DNA of 64,000 bases from Candidatus Binatia bacterium. Lineage in GTDB: Bacteria; Desulfobacterota; Binatia; Bin18. Every line of letters starts with the position of its first letter. Position 1 is the first letter of the stretch. Position numbers and translations under genes: made by a program. Below, in pieces: positions 39,319 through 49,568 of this stretch. The stretch lies in the NCBI GenBank assembly GCA_963666315.2, contig CAXXHG010000040.1, positions 32,001 to 96,000 of the forward strand, in the 5' to 3' direction. The notes beneath the pieces were generated by a model that worked only from the letters and a program-made list of their open reading frames with translations, did not search any database and was not told where the DNA came from.

Positions 39319-39804
39319 ATGTCCCAAGATATTGAAGCCCGTCTACAAGCCCTGGAAGCCAAGATCCAAGATCTCAGCGACCGCGAAGCCATACGCTCGC
39401 TCCGCTTTCGTTATCACGAGTGCATCAATGGGGAGGAATTAGGCGCCATCCCCGGTCTGTTCACCGAAGATGCGGAGCTGGACTTCGACTACCTGGGAAA
39501 AGCCACAGGTCGGGCAGAGATAGCGAAATTCTTTCAAGGGGTTGAGAGCTTGCTGTCCTTTGTGAAGCAGTTCATTCATAACCATACGGTAGATGTCCAA
39601 GGTGATCACGGCAAAGGCTATGCCTACCTCGAAGCCAAAACGATCGCCAAAGGTGAGGCGTATGTTGTGGCCGCTCGCTATGACGATGAATACGTCAAAC
39701 AGAATGGGCAGTGGAAGTTTAGGAAAATGTCACTCACTCCGTATTTTACCGTCCCTCTCAAAGAGGGTTGGGCCCAGGAAGATCGGCTCAAGATGGGCCG
39801 CTAA
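39319..39804 (+). CDS. SnoaL/NTF2-like protein (BaiE/LinA-like)
   Basis: DREAIRSLRFRY, LFTEDA and RYDDEYVKQNGQWKF motifs. Confidence 0.85.
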   Translation: MSQDIEARLQALEAKIQDLSDREAIRSLRFRYHECINGEELGAIPGLFTEDAELDFDYLGKATGRAEIAKFFQGVESLLSFVKQFIHNHTVDVQGDHGKGYAYLEAKTIAKGEAYVVAARYDDEYVKQNGQWKFRKMSLTPYFTVPLKEGWAQEDRLKMGR

Positions 39805-39844
39805 CAGCAGACGGCAAAATAGCAGGTGGAGAAAGAGGTATAGG

Positions 39845-40732
39845 ATGGCCTATCAACAGCTCAGTCTTGATCAGGTGGAAACAGCAGCGACGGGCTTCAG
39901 AGGCCCAGAAGGCGTGGTCGTTGACCGTGAAGGCAATGTGTACGGCGGCGGAACGGACGGAGTGATCCGCAAGCTTGCTCCAGATGGAACGGTCTCCGAA
40001 TTTGCTCGTACCGGAGGCCGACCTGCTGGCATGGCGCTCGACCAACAGGGGAATCTGTTTGTGTGTGACCCTGGCAAGGCGGCAGTTCTCAAGGTTACTC
40101 CAGACGGGCAGGTAAGTCTGTTTGCCGATCAAGTTGGTGATATCAAACTGACGCTACCGAATTTCCCCGTCTTTGACGCCGAGGGCAATCTATACGTATC
40201 CAACTCGTCGGACTTTATTATGGCCGACCTTGAACAAGTCATGACAGAGATCCGCAATCCCGTGCCCAAGGGCAGCCTGGTCCGCCTTCGGCCCGACGGA
40301 AGCGGAGACGTTGCCGCCACGGGCATCTATTTCGCCAATGGCACGGCCATCGATCCCCAAGAACAAGCCGTGTACGTTTTACAGTCAAGCAAAGACAACT
40401 GCATCCGAGTGGCGATGCAGACGGATGGCAGCCATGGCAAGCCCGAGGTCTTTGGTGAAGATCTTGGCGGTCTACCGGACGGAATGGCCTTCGATACCGA
40501 AGGCTATATGATTGTCACCCTGCCCATGATCAACCGACTGGTCGTGCTCGACCCCAGCGGTACACTGTCCATCCTGATTGACGACCCAGATGGAACCAAG
40601 ACTCAAGGGCCGACCAACTGCGCCTTTGGTGGACCGAATTTTGACGACTTGTATATTGCCCATCTTGAAGCCGATCATATTGCTAAAGTGCATCTCGGCA
40701 GAAAAGGACACCCCCTGTACGACCGGCGTTAA
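39845..40732 (+). CDS. SMP-30/gluconolactonase family protein
   Basis: [19 protein letters not shown] and PTNCAFGG motifs. Confidence 0.88.
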   Translation: MAYQQLSLDQVETAATGFRGPEGVVVDREGNVYGGGTDGVIRKLAPDGTVSEFARTGGRPAGMALDQQGNLFVCDPGKAAVLKVTPDGQVSLFADQVGDIKLTLPNFPVFDAEGNLYVSNSSDFIMADLEQVMTEIRNPVPKGSLVRLRPDGSGDVAATGIYFANGTAIDPQEQAVYVLQSSKDNCIRVAMQTDGSHGKPEVFGEDLGGLPDGMAFDTEGYMIVTLPMINRLVVLDPSGTLSILIDDPDGTKTQGPTNCAFGGPNFDDLYIAHLEADHIAKVHLGRKGHPLYDRR

Positions 40733-40838
40733 GGGCAACGTTTTCGACTCCCGATCGTATTGAATCGCTGACTCCATTACTTCCCCGTACTTGCCCGCTG
40801 TCGCCCACGGAGTGCTCCTACACGCCTAAATCCCCGGT

Positions 40839-40992
40839 TCATTTGCGGTACATCTGTCTGTTAGAAGCCGGGTATGATATCCGGACTATTCAGGAATTAC
40901 TCAGCCATTGTGACGTGAGCACGACGATGATCTATACTCATGTGCTGAATCGTGGAGGACGAGGGGTAGACAGCCCAGCGGATCGCCTGTGA
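40839..40992 (+). pseudogene. C-terminal remnant of an integron-type tyrosine recombinase (IntI)
   Basis: SFAVHL/(4-bp duplication)/[43 protein letters not shown]. Confidence 0.8.
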
Positions 40993-41005
40993 GCGGGATA
41001 GGCCA

Positions 41006-41184
41006 TGCACTCTCAGACCACCAACAAGATCGGCATCGGACAGGCGAAAACGCGTTTGACGCTCCAGCCTGGACAGCGCGGCGCCAGAACCCTGTCTGTG
41101 CGCTATGGAGATTAATTGGTTTGTGTGCGCTATCGATACGATGAACAGCAAAAGAGGCGATTCAAAACAGTGGAGTTGATTGTG
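41006..41184 (+). pseudogene. Small conserved hypothetical protein remnant
   Basis: KTRLTLQPGQRGA...YGD*LVCVRYRYDEQQKRRFKTVELIV, with an internal TAA and truncated. Confidence 0.55.
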
Positions 41185-41371
41185 GTTGGCCTCTGACCAT
41201 ATACATTTATACGTGGAGTCGGATGGGGAAGTATCTCCGGACCATATAGCTCAAAAACTGAAACGGTTATCAGAAGTACAAATACTTGAGTGGTTTCCTG
41301 ATCTTATGACATCTCCAGAGGTGGAAACCGGGCTGTGGGGCGAAGCTTATTTCGTAGAAACACTGGGCTGA
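41180..41371 (+). mobile_element. IS200/IS605 TnpA (HUH) C-terminal fragment
   Basis: DHIHL..KLKRLS..LWGEAYFVETLG. Confidence 0.65.
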
Positions 41372-41484
41372 AGCAGAACATATGCATGCAGAGTGATTGC
41401 GAGAAACGGAATCCTTTTCGGAGCGCCGTTTCTCGCAACACCTGATGTTTCCGTTGTGCCTTAAAGAATTTGGAGACTAAGAAT

Positions 41485-41691
41485 ATGGCGAGTGTATCCG
41501 CACGACGGAAGCTCAAAGGTGTCGACTTCGTGGTCGACGAAGATGGGGAGAAGAAGGCTGTCCTGATTGACCTGAGGCGAAACCGCGCTCTGTGGGAGGA
41601 TTTCTACGACACGGGACTCGCGAAGGAGCGTGAGGACGAGCCCCGGGAAACGCGGGAGGAAGTGGCGAGGAGGATACGCGGGAGGGGTTAG
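41485..41691 (+). CDS. Putative antitoxin
   Basis: FVVDEDGEKKAVLIDL..LWEDFYD; immediately upstream of relE. Confidence 0.65.
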   Translation: MASVSARRKLKGVDFVVDEDGEKKAVLIDLRRNRALWEDFYDTGLAKEREDEPRETREEVARRIRGRG

Positions 41692-41951
41692 TGCCGAGGT
41701 GCCGGATTACTTTTGCTCGCTCGGCCCGCCGAGAACTTGAGCGATTACCTCATGTCCTTGCGAGGCGCATCCTGGCGAAAATTGAGACGTTGGAGGAGGA
41801 TCCGAGACCCAGAGGGTGCAGGAAGAATCAAGGTCCCACACGTTTGTAGAGGATTCGAGTCGGCGAATATCGAATCGTGTACGACATCGACGACGATCAG
41901 CGTCTCGTGGATATCGTGGTCATTCGACATCGGAGTGAGGCGTACCGTTGA
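41691..41951 (+). pseudogene. RelE/ParE toxin with an internal stop
   Basis: ITFARSARRELERL..DPRPRGCRK..L*RIRVGEYRIVYDIDD..RHRSEAYR; TAG at the usual Trp position. Confidence 0.8.
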
Positions 41952-42100
41952 GGCATAGGATTTAGGGACCTCCCCTAAATGCGAAGAGGTGGGGACGGGA
42001 TCTGCCGCGTCGACGCCGTAGGAGGGAGAACTGAGACAGGTGTGGACGACGTGTGTCCAATTGCCGTTCGCCCTGCCGGCTGCTAGTAATATCTGTGCCT

Positions 42101-42934
42101 ATGCCAAGTCCAGAAAACTCAATCGACTACGAAGTCGTTCGGTGTTATTTCGACGACGCGGCCGATGGAGCCTCGGTTGCCGCCAGCTATATGGCCCACG
42201 GGCAGGACTTGCCGCACGGCGCCATGCGCTACCGATTCGAGGTCGAACGGCAAACGATCGCCGATTGGCTGGACGCAGTTCCCAAGTCCGCCACCGTCCT
42301 CGACGTGGGCTGTGGGGCGGGTGCCTGGACAAGAATCTTTGCTGATCGCTACGCTCGTGTCATCGGTATCGAGGGTAGTAGCTCGATGGTGGAGGCTGCG
42401 CGGCAACAGACCCGGAACGCACCCAACGTCGAAATCCTGGCGGGCGACGTGCGAGTCGACCTGCCTGACCGAAAATTCCAGCTCGCCTTTCTCGGCGGCC
42501 TTTGCATGTATTTGAATGACGACGATGTTGTCGCCTTATTGAGTGATCTCAAGCATCGTGTGGGAGGCACTGGGGCGATCGTCCTTCGGGAAAGCACCGT
42601 CCCCAGGAAGCGGCGCATGGCGACCGGAGACTATCAGGCGGTGTACCGCACCGTCGCGGACTACCACGAACTGTTCGCGCGGGTGGGTTTTTCGCGCCTC
42701 GAGACGCGGCGTAACTATGGCTACACGAGTATGGAGATTGCCATCGAGCTGGTCGGTGCCCGTCGAAGGTGGCTTTCGTTCCTCCCACGCCAATCCAGAC
42801 TGCTCGGGGCGATGACGTGGTGGTGTCTTCGCCTGACGTCTCCCGTGAGCTTTTGGGCCGTGCCACGCGCACTTGAGCGAATCGACGTAGCCTGGCCGAG
42901 CTTGCAGAACCATTTTTTCCGCCTCACCCCGTGA
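42101..42934 (+). CDS. Class I SAM methyltransferase, phosphoethanolamine N-methyltransferase-like motifs
   Basis: VLDVGCGAG, LCMYLNDDDV, IVLRES and YRTVADYHELF motifs. Confidence 0.8.
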   Translation: MPSPENSIDYEVVRCYFDDAADGASVAASYMAHGQDLPHGAMRYRFEVERQTIADWLDAVPKSATVLDVGCGAGAWTRIFADRYARVIGIEGSSSMVEAARQQTRNAPNVEILAGDVRVDLPDRKFQLAFLGGLCMYLNDDDVVALLSDLKHRVGGTGAIVLRESTVPRKRRMATGDYQAVYRTVADYHELFARVGFSRLETRRNYGYTSMEIAIELVGARRRWLSFLPRQSRLLGAMTWWCLRLTSPVSFWAVPRALERIDVAWPSLQNHFFRLTP

Positions 42935-43574
42935 ACGCGCCAGCCAGCTGGCGAACATTGAACACGGTCATCGCCACGACGTACGCCGCGACGACGTAGT
43001 ACCACGTCCGAGTCGGTTTGGACATACGAAACGGGGCGACGTTCAACATGGCGAGGACGACGACCACTGCGTAGAGCAGCCAGGGAAACGCGACATGGCC
43101 GACAGTCTCGCGGACGGCGAACAGCGCGGTGACCACAATGATGTTCGTATCGATGGGCAGGCCGCTGTACGTATCGTCATCGTCGAAGACGTTGAAATAA
43201 GCAAGTCGAATCGCTCCCGCCACCGTGAGCACGAAGGCTCCCGGCAAGAACCAAGGGGCGAAGCCACTGCTGGAGAGCAGCAGCATTGCGGGTGCGATGC
43301 CACCGCACACCAGATCGGCAAGGGAATCAAGTTGCCCGCCGAAAGCGCGGTCGACATCGGTCCGATTGGTCATTCCACGAGCGATCGGACCATCGAACCA
43401 ATCGCAGAACAACGCCCAGAGGAGCGCGATGGTCGCGGCTGTGAGAGCTTGGAGCGAGCTGAAATAAATGGACGAGACACCGCAGAGCAGCCCGGCCAGC
43501 GTCAACAGGTTCGCGCGGTCGCACAGGAACGAAATGGTGCTCCGCTTGCCAGTCACGTTTCGAGACATTGCCAC
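42924..43574 (-). CDS. CDP-alcohol phosphatidyltransferase family protein
   Basis: ANLLT and DWFDGPIAR...GGQLDSLAD signature; RLAYFN and GLP motifs. Confidence 0.9.
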   Translation of the reverse strand: MAMSRNVTGKRSTISFLCDRANLLTLAGLLCGVSSIYFSSLQALTAATIALLWALFCDWFDGPIARGMTNRTDVDRAFGGQLDSLADLVCGGIAPAMLLLSSSGFAPWFLPGAFVLTVAGAIRLAYFNVFDDDDTYSGLPIDTNIIVVTALFAVRETVGHVAFPWLLYAVVVVLAMLNVAPFRMSKPTRTWYYVVAAYVVAMTVFNVRQLAGAFTG

Positions 43575-45424
43575 AAGGCTTGTACGAGCGTGTCGTTCTC
43601 CGGTTCTGTTCGGCTAGCGATGCGTAGATACCTCGCCGCCGCGGGCATATTCTTGCCGGCACAGTGCTTCACGTAGAGGTTGAAATCCATAAAGAGACGC
43701 TTGGCGACCTCCGGAGCGGTCGGGCCCGGAGTCGGGAGGCGACACATCACGAAGTTGGCGTCTGGCTTGTAGGCGGTGATGCCCGGAATCCGCGACAACC
43801 CTTCGTAGAGTCGATCGCAGTCCGCGCGAACCCGGACGCAACTTTCTCTGAAGGCGCGACGATAGCGCGGCGCGAGGCGAAGGAACGACTCGGCGAATCC
43901 ATTGACGTTCCAGATGTGGAGCTCGGAGCGAACGGCGTCCGCAAAACTCGGGTTGCGGGTCAGGAGGTAGCCGAGGCGCAGGCCTCCGATTCCGAACGAC
44001 TTGCTAAGGCTTTTGATGACCGCAAGATTAGGGGTTCTCTCAACCCACCCTTCGACGCTGAGGTTCGTGCTGTCATTCGCGAAGTCCATGAAAGACTCGT
44101 CCACCACCACCATGCAGTCCCGCTCGCATAGTCGCTCCGCGAGCCGCAAGAGATCCCCTCTTGGGACGCTCAACGACGTGGGGTTGTTCGGCGAGACCAC
44201 GATCGCTACCCGAGCGTTACAAGCGCTCGCGCGCTCGGCGAAAGCGTCCACGTCGAGCTCGAAGGAGGGGGATGGGAGCTCGAAGGGAACGAAGGATCGG
44301 TCTCGCGCGGCGTTTTCGTACTCGTTGAACGACGGAACCGGACAGATTATTTGCCCAGCCAGGCGCCCGGAGATGATCTTGATCAATTCCGAAGCACCGT
44401 TCCCCACCACGAGCCACGCGGGCGGCTGATCGATCAAGGTACCAACCAGTCGCGCGACGACGTCTTGCCCGGCGGGATAGTTGAGTACCAAGTCCCGGAG
44501 GTGGTTTTGGAAATGCGTGAATACCGTCTTCGGAGGGTAGTAGGGATTGTACAAGTATGCGTGGTCGACGAATCCGAACCGCCAGTACCCGCCATGCTGC
44601 TTGTCCACGTGTGCGTAACGCTGCTCTGGTGAGGAGAAGAGGTACTCGGCGGCTAGGCGGTCGCTTTCGTCGTCGATCTCGTACCAGTTGAGGTCGTCGC
44701 AGATGACGGCACGCAGGTCGTTCTTGCCGCGGTGCGCCAGCGCGATCAGAATCGATTCGTAGTGTTCGTTGGCGTCGTCGGCAGCGATGTACGCTTCCAG
44801 CTGCGGCACGAAATAGCGACGCAGGTAATCCTGGCGGAAGAGATAGAGATTTGCGGTCTTGTAGACCTTCGAGTAATCGAATCCGTCATCCTGATGGTGC
44901 GCGTCAAACAATGCCGCGATGTGGCCCTGGCTGTCGACACTGACCACCGTGCCCGACATCCAACTCTGATGCTGCGAGACGACGGCCGAGTTGCCACCAA
45001 CTTCGGATAGGAGCCGCTCGAGTACCGCACGCTCGAAAAAAACATCCGCCTCGAGGAGCAACACATCTTCCGTGAGATGAGAGCGCGCGAGCCACAGTGA
45101 ATAGATGTTGTTGGTGGTTTCGTACGATTCGGCCACCACGTATACGATCGACATTTCCAGGAACTTCGCGCCAAACTTCACGATAATCAGTTCCTTGTGA
45201 TGACCGATGACGATGACAACTTCCTCGCAGCCGAGCGCCGCCAAGTGAGTCAGCGTGTTTTCGAGAATCGGAACGCCGGCCACTTCAACGAAGCACTTCG
45301 GATACTCCCGCGTGTAGGGCCGTAAGCGGGTGCCCACGCCGGCAGCGAGAATGACGGCCTTGCGCACGGGTTCAGGCTTTGCCTGATTCACGTGCAGCGA
45401 CGCGCTAGCGTCTTCACCCCACAT
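43553..45424 (-). CDS. Fusion of a LicC-like (phosphocholine-type) cytidylyltransferase and a class I/II PLP enzyme (HisC/CobD-like)
   Basis: ILAAGVGTRL..PKC, TNNIYSL and WYEIDD; then GNGASE, PNNPT, DESF and KSLSKSFGIGGLRLGY. Confidence 0.88.
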   Translation of the reverse strand: MWGEDASASLHVNQAKPEPVRKAVILAAGVGTRLRPYTREYPKCFVEVAGVPILENTLTHLAALGCEEVVIVIGHHKELIIVKFGAKFLEMSIVYVVAESYETTNNIYSLWLARSHLTEDVLLLEADVFFERAVLERLLSEVGGNSAVVSQHQSWMSGTVVSVDSQGHIAALFDAHHQDDGFDYSKVYKTANLYLFRQDYLRRYFVPQLEAYIAADDANEHYESILIALAHRGKNDLRAVICDDLNWYEIDDESDRLAAEYLFSSPEQRYAHVDKQHGGYWRFGFVDHAYLYNPYYPPKTVFTHFQNHLRDLVLNYPAGQDVVARLVGTLIDQPPAWLVVGNGASELIKIISGRLAGQIICPVPSFNEYENAARDRSFVPFELPSPSFELDVDAFAERASACNARVAIVVSPNNPTSLSVPRGDLLRLAERLCERDCMVVVDESFMDFANDSTNLSVEGWVERTPNLAVIKSLSKSFGIGGLRLGYLLTRNPSFADAVRSELHIWNVNGFAESFLRLAPRYRRAFRESCVRVRADCDRLYEGLSRIPGITAYKPDANFVMCRLPTPGPTAPEVAKRLFMDFNLYVKHCAGKNMPAAARYLRIASRTEPENDTLVQALWQCLET

Positions 45425-45787
45425 CCTGCCGCGTCGGGTTTTCTCGGAATCGAAATTTATAGCGTCTGGCAATGGTAGCATCCGTGTATGACGAAATAAC
45501 ACAAGGCAGAGCGAAAGGAAATCGTAGCTGTCGTGTAGCGCGTCAGAGGAAGTTGGACCAAAGAGCGGTGTAGAATAGGAGACACTTTCAGGGCCACGAA
45601 GGCAGTAGGGACCACCCACTGGCAGCAGGTGCTGGAAACAGTATAAAAGATCAAACAGATTACTCCCCAGGGCAATCGCTTCAAAGAGCGGCGCCAGTGA
45701 GGACTTGCGCTAGTTTGACTTTTCAGCCGGATTTTGAGGGCTGACCCTCCTCCGCTTCCTTGCGCTTCTTTGCTATGATGTCCGACC

Positions 45788-47938
45788 ATGCAGGCACAAG
45801 GGACTTTCAAGCTCGTTTCAGACTTCCAGCCGCAGGGCGATCAACCCCAGGCCATCGACCAGCTCGTCGAAGGGTTGGAGAAGGGGCTGCAACAGCAAGT
45901 TTTGCTTGGCGTTACCGGTTCGGGCAAGACGTTCTCCATGGCCCACGTCATTGCCCGCGTGAACCGGCCGGCCTTGATCATGGCACCCAATAAAACGCTG
46001 GCAGCCCAGCTCTACAGCGAATTCAAGGATCTCTTTCCTGAAAACGCGGTCCGCTATTTTGTCAGCTATTACGACTACTACCAACCCGAAGCGTACGTCC
46101 CGCAGAGCGATACCTTTGTAGAAAAAGACGCTTCGATTAACGAAGAAATCGACAAAATGCGTCACTCCGCGACTAAGGCTCTACTGGAGCGACGTGACAC
46201 CATCATTGTGGCTAGTGTCTCGTGCATCTATGGGCTCGGCTCACCCGAATCGTATTTTGACCTGATACTTTTTATAGAAGAGAACAGCCAGGTTGATCGA
46301 GACGCGCTGTTGCGCAAACTGGTCGATATCCAATATCAACGTAACGACTTCGATTTTCATCGCGGGACATTTCGGGTGCGGGGCGATGTGGTCGAGATCT
46401 TTCCTGCCTATGAGGAGAGCAAGGCCGTTCGGATTGAATTCTTTGGCGATACAGTCGATGCCATCACCGAGATCGATCCACTCCGGGGCAAGGTTGTGCG
46501 CCGACTCGAGAAGATCACCATCTATCCGGCGAGTCACTATGTCACCACATCAGACCGCGTAAAGCGGGCCATTGTCGCCATACAGGAAGAGCTGGAAGAG
46601 CAGCTCAAGGAACTCCAACAGTCAGACAGGCTATTGGAAAGCCAGCGCTTAGAGCAACGCACCCGGTACGATCTGGCGCTGCTGAAAGAAATGGGCTTCT
46701 GCCCGGGCATTGAGAACTACTCGCGTCATTTAGACGGCAGGAATCCCGGAGAACCGCCACATACCCTGATCAATTATTTTCCGAAAGACTATCTCCTCTT
46801 TATCGATGAAAGCCATGTCACCGTCCCCCAGATTGGCGGTATGTACCGCGGCGACCGCTCTCGCAAGACAACGCTGGTTGAGTATGGCTTTCGGCTGCCG
46901 TCCGCTCTGGATAACCGTCCACTCAGCTTTCAAGAATTTGAACAACGCGCCGGCCAGACCGTGTATGTGTCAGCCACACCCGGCGATTATGAACGCGAAC
47001 ACAGTCAAGGCCCCGTCGTTGAACAGATTATTCGTCCGACCGGACTGCTTGATCCTGAGCTCGCTGTGCGGCCAGCCGGAGCGCAGGTGGATGACCTGCT
47101 GGAAGAAATTCGCCTTCGGGTTGAAAAAGGCGAGCGCGTGCTCGTCACCACGTTGACCAAACGGTTGGCCGAAGACTTAACCGACTACTACCAAGACATT
47201 GGCATTCGGGTTCGATATCTGCACTCAGATATCGACACCCTAGAGAGAGTGGAGATCATACGCGCCTTGCGGCAAGGCAAATTCGATGTCTTGGTTGGGA
47301 TTAACCTACTCCGGGAGGGACTCGACATTCCCGAGGTTTCTCTTGTCGCCATTCTAGATGCCGATAAAGAAGGCTATTTACGCTCCGAGCGTTCACTTAT
47401 CCAAACCATAGGCCGAGCGTCTCGGAATGTGAACGGCACAGTCCTGCTGTATGGGGATAAGATTACTCACTCTATGCAGCGTGCCATCGACGAAACTCTG
47501 CGGCGGCGACGTATCCAAGCCAAGTACAATAAGAAGCACGGCATCACGCCCGAAAGCATCCGTAAAGGCCTGTCTTCACCCCTGGTGAAAGTGTATGCAG
47601 CCGACTATACGACTGTCCCCCTCGTTTCCGAAGACAGCGAAGATTATATTGCAACTCGAGACCTGCCTCAGCTGATTGAACAGACACGGAGAGAAATGAA
47701 AGCCGCGGCTGCTACGCTGGAATTTGAGCAAGCCGCCGAGCTGCGCGATCGTGTACAAGATTTGGAACGGCGCGCACTCGGACTCCTGGGCGCAGCAGCC
47801 GTTCAGCCTCCGGCAGCGGCAGACGCTTCGGCGTCAGCCGGCCGGAAACCAACGACACAAGGCCGCAAGAAAAAATCGTCCTCGCGAAACTCAGGCAAAG
47901 CCCTGGCCCGAGGCCGCCGTGCCCGTTGGCAACGCTAA
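45788..47938 (+). CDS. uvrB: Excinuclease ABC subunit B
   Basis: [29 protein letters not shown] and C-terminal UVR domain. Confidence 0.98.
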   Translation: MQAQGTFKLVSDFQPQGDQPQAIDQLVEGLEKGLQQQVLLGVTGSGKTFSMAHVIARVNRPALIMAPNKTLAAQLYSEFKDLFPENAVRYFVSYYDYYQPEAYVPQSDTFVEKDASINEEIDKMRHSATKALLERRDTIIVASVSCIYGLGSPESYFDLILFIEENSQVDRDALLRKLVDIQYQRNDFDFHRGTFRVRGDVVEIFPAYEESKAVRIEFFGDTVDAITEIDPLRGKVVRRLEKITIYPASHYVTTSDRVKRAIVAIQEELEEQLKELQQSDRLLESQRLEQRTRYDLALLKEMGFCPGIENYSRHLDGRNPGEPPHTLINYFPKDYLLFIDESHVTVPQIGGMYRGDRSRKTTLVEYGFRLPSALDNRPLSFQEFEQRAGQTVYVSATPGDYEREHSQGPVVEQIIRPTGLLDPELAVRPAGAQVDDLLEEIRLRVEKGERVLVTTLTKRLAEDLTDYYQDIGIRVRYLHSDIDTLERVEIIRALRQGKFDVLVGINLLREGLDIPEVSLVAILDADKEGYLRSERSLIQTIGRASRNVNGTVLLYGDKITHSMQRAIDETLRRRRIQAKYNKKHGITPESIRKGLSSPLVKVYAADYTTVPLVSEDSEDYIATRDLPQLIEQTRREMKAAAATLEFEQAAELRDRVQDLERRALGLLGAAAVQPPAAADASASAGRKPTTQGRKKKSSSRNSGKALARGRRARWQR

Positions 47939-47971
47939 GAGCCACTCACACAATTCCGTCTTGTTCCAGCG

Positions 47972-48041
47972 GCCTGGATATCTGCTTGCACAGGTATGAC
48001 ACAACAAGAGTTGTCATTCTCGTGGAAACGGGAATCCAGGG
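47972..48041. repeat. Palindromic repeat (gtcattc..gggaatccag type)
   Basis: cctggatatctgc..caggtatgac / gtcattctcgtggaaacgggaatccagg. Confidence 0.55.
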
Positions 48042-48119
48042 TGGAATGGGTAGGGCACTTCCCCTCTGCCGGCGAACTGCTAAAAGCGAACAGCCAAAAG
48101 CACTTGCCAAGGAATACAC

Positions 48120-48767
48120 ATGTCAAAAGACCGCACAGACCACCCCCAACACACGGATGAGCTTGCCCAAGCGCATGCTGTTCTCGAAGCGGAAGCGGAA
48201 GCCATCCGCACCATCCGCCTGAATAACGATTTTCTCCGAGCGGTAGACATTCTTGAGAGCTGTACGGGGAAAGTCATCCTCACCGGAATGGGCAAAGTCG
48301 GCCTTATTGCCATGAAAATCGCTACGACCCTCTCCTCTACCGGCACCCCGGCCTTCTTTCTCCACCCAGGAGAGGCCGCCCACGGCGATCTCGGGCTGGT
48401 CGGTAAAAACGATGTGATGATTACGTTTTCCAATAGTGGCAAAACGCGCGAGGTAGTAGAAACCGTCAATCGCGCAAAACAGCTGTATGATATACCGCTC
48501 ATTGCCATCACCGGCCACCCACGCTCTCCCCTTGCACGCAAAAGTGACATCGTCCTCAGCGTCGGGGCGATTAAAGAACCCTGCCCGATTGGTCTCACCC
48601 CGTCGGCCAGTACCACTGCTATCCTGGCCCTGGGCGATGCGCTCACGCTGGTACTCATGACGCGCAAGCGGTTTACTAAGGCCGATTACGCCAAGTTTCA
48701 CCATGGCGGATATCTCGGCAAACGTGCGCGTAAAGAGGCGAAAGAAGAACTGACAGTCAGAGATTAA
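48120..48767 (+). CDS. KdsD/GutQ-like arabinose-5-phosphate isomerase, SIS domain only
   Basis: GMGK, STGTPAFFLHPGEAAHGDLG, SNSG.T and FHHGG motifs; no CBS domains. Confidence 0.85.
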   Translation: MSKDRTDHPQHTDELAQAHAVLEAEAEAIRTIRLNNDFLRAVDILESCTGKVILTGMGKVGLIAMKIATTLSSTGTPAFFLHPGEAAHGDLGLVGKNDVMITFSNSGKTREVVETVNRAKQLYDIPLIAITGHPRSPLARKSDIVLSVGAIKEPCPIGLTPSASTTAILALGDALTLVLMTRKRFTKADYAKFHHGGYLGKRARKEAKEELTVRD

Positions 48768-48830
48768 CGCAGCAGAGTACTGACTCACACTCCACGACCC
48801 AACCCGCCACAGTCTCTATTGCAAATCAGC

Positions 48831-49530
48831 CTACACCACCAGTAGCACCCCGAAGCCAACTAAAACCCTATACAACAGCAGCGCGAAGCGCTCTGCCGGG
48901 ATACGTTGATTCAGTCTGCTGCCAAGGAAAACGGCAACGGGAATCAGGGGTAAGGCGCAGGCATACAAGGTCAAAACCTGCTGCGTCCATAAACCGTTCA
49001 CGCCGTGCAACAGCAAGACGAAAAGACCATATCACCGCGAAATACCCCTGGATGGTTGCGCGAAAACGATCCGGCGACCAGCGCATAAGCGCTCCCAATA
49101 ACCCCACCGGTGGTCCGTTGGTATTATACGCAGCACCAAGCAGTCCGGCGCAAAAGCCCAGCACATACGTCCAGCCCGACCAGGTCACTGTAGGCAGTTC
49201 CGGGCGCATGAGACTGTACAGACCGTAGGCGGTCAGCAACATACCAAGTATGCCAGGAACAAGGGCTTGTGGCGCGTCGGTGAGGATATACAGACCGAAT
49301 GGGATGCCCACGGCTGAGGCAAAAATGGCGCGCAGGTCGATACTCCGCCAGGTATTCCGCAGCACCATCAACGTCGTCGTGAGTGCCATAAAGGCGACGA
49401 GCGGCGTTGCCGTTTGCACTCTAACGAGAGGGATAAGCAGCGGCATGGACACCAGGGCAGAGCCGAATCCCAGCGTGGCATGCGTCATCGTCCCCACGAA
49501 GAGGACGGCAATAAAAAGAGGTTCAGGAAT
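48831..49530 (-). CDS. TauE/SafE sulfite-exporter family protein, frameshifted near 49025
   Basis: GFGSAL and GAAYNTNGPP..RFRAT motifs; the C-terminal TMs continue in another frame. Confidence 0.7.
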
Positions 49531-49568
49531 GCTGAAGAGCCTTTTCTATCAACAAAATCTGCGCGCGC

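Noticed and set aside
41845-41852. Stop-codon readthrough or recoding in relE (TAG), and likewise the TGA at ~24686
   Set aside because: Both are single-base changes from TGG in decaying regions, and other genes use TAG and TGA as normal stops.
40780-45500. Active integron with attC cassettes
   Set aside because: Only ~50 codons of intI remain, and I could not identify convincing RYYYAAC...GTTRRRY attC sites by eye.
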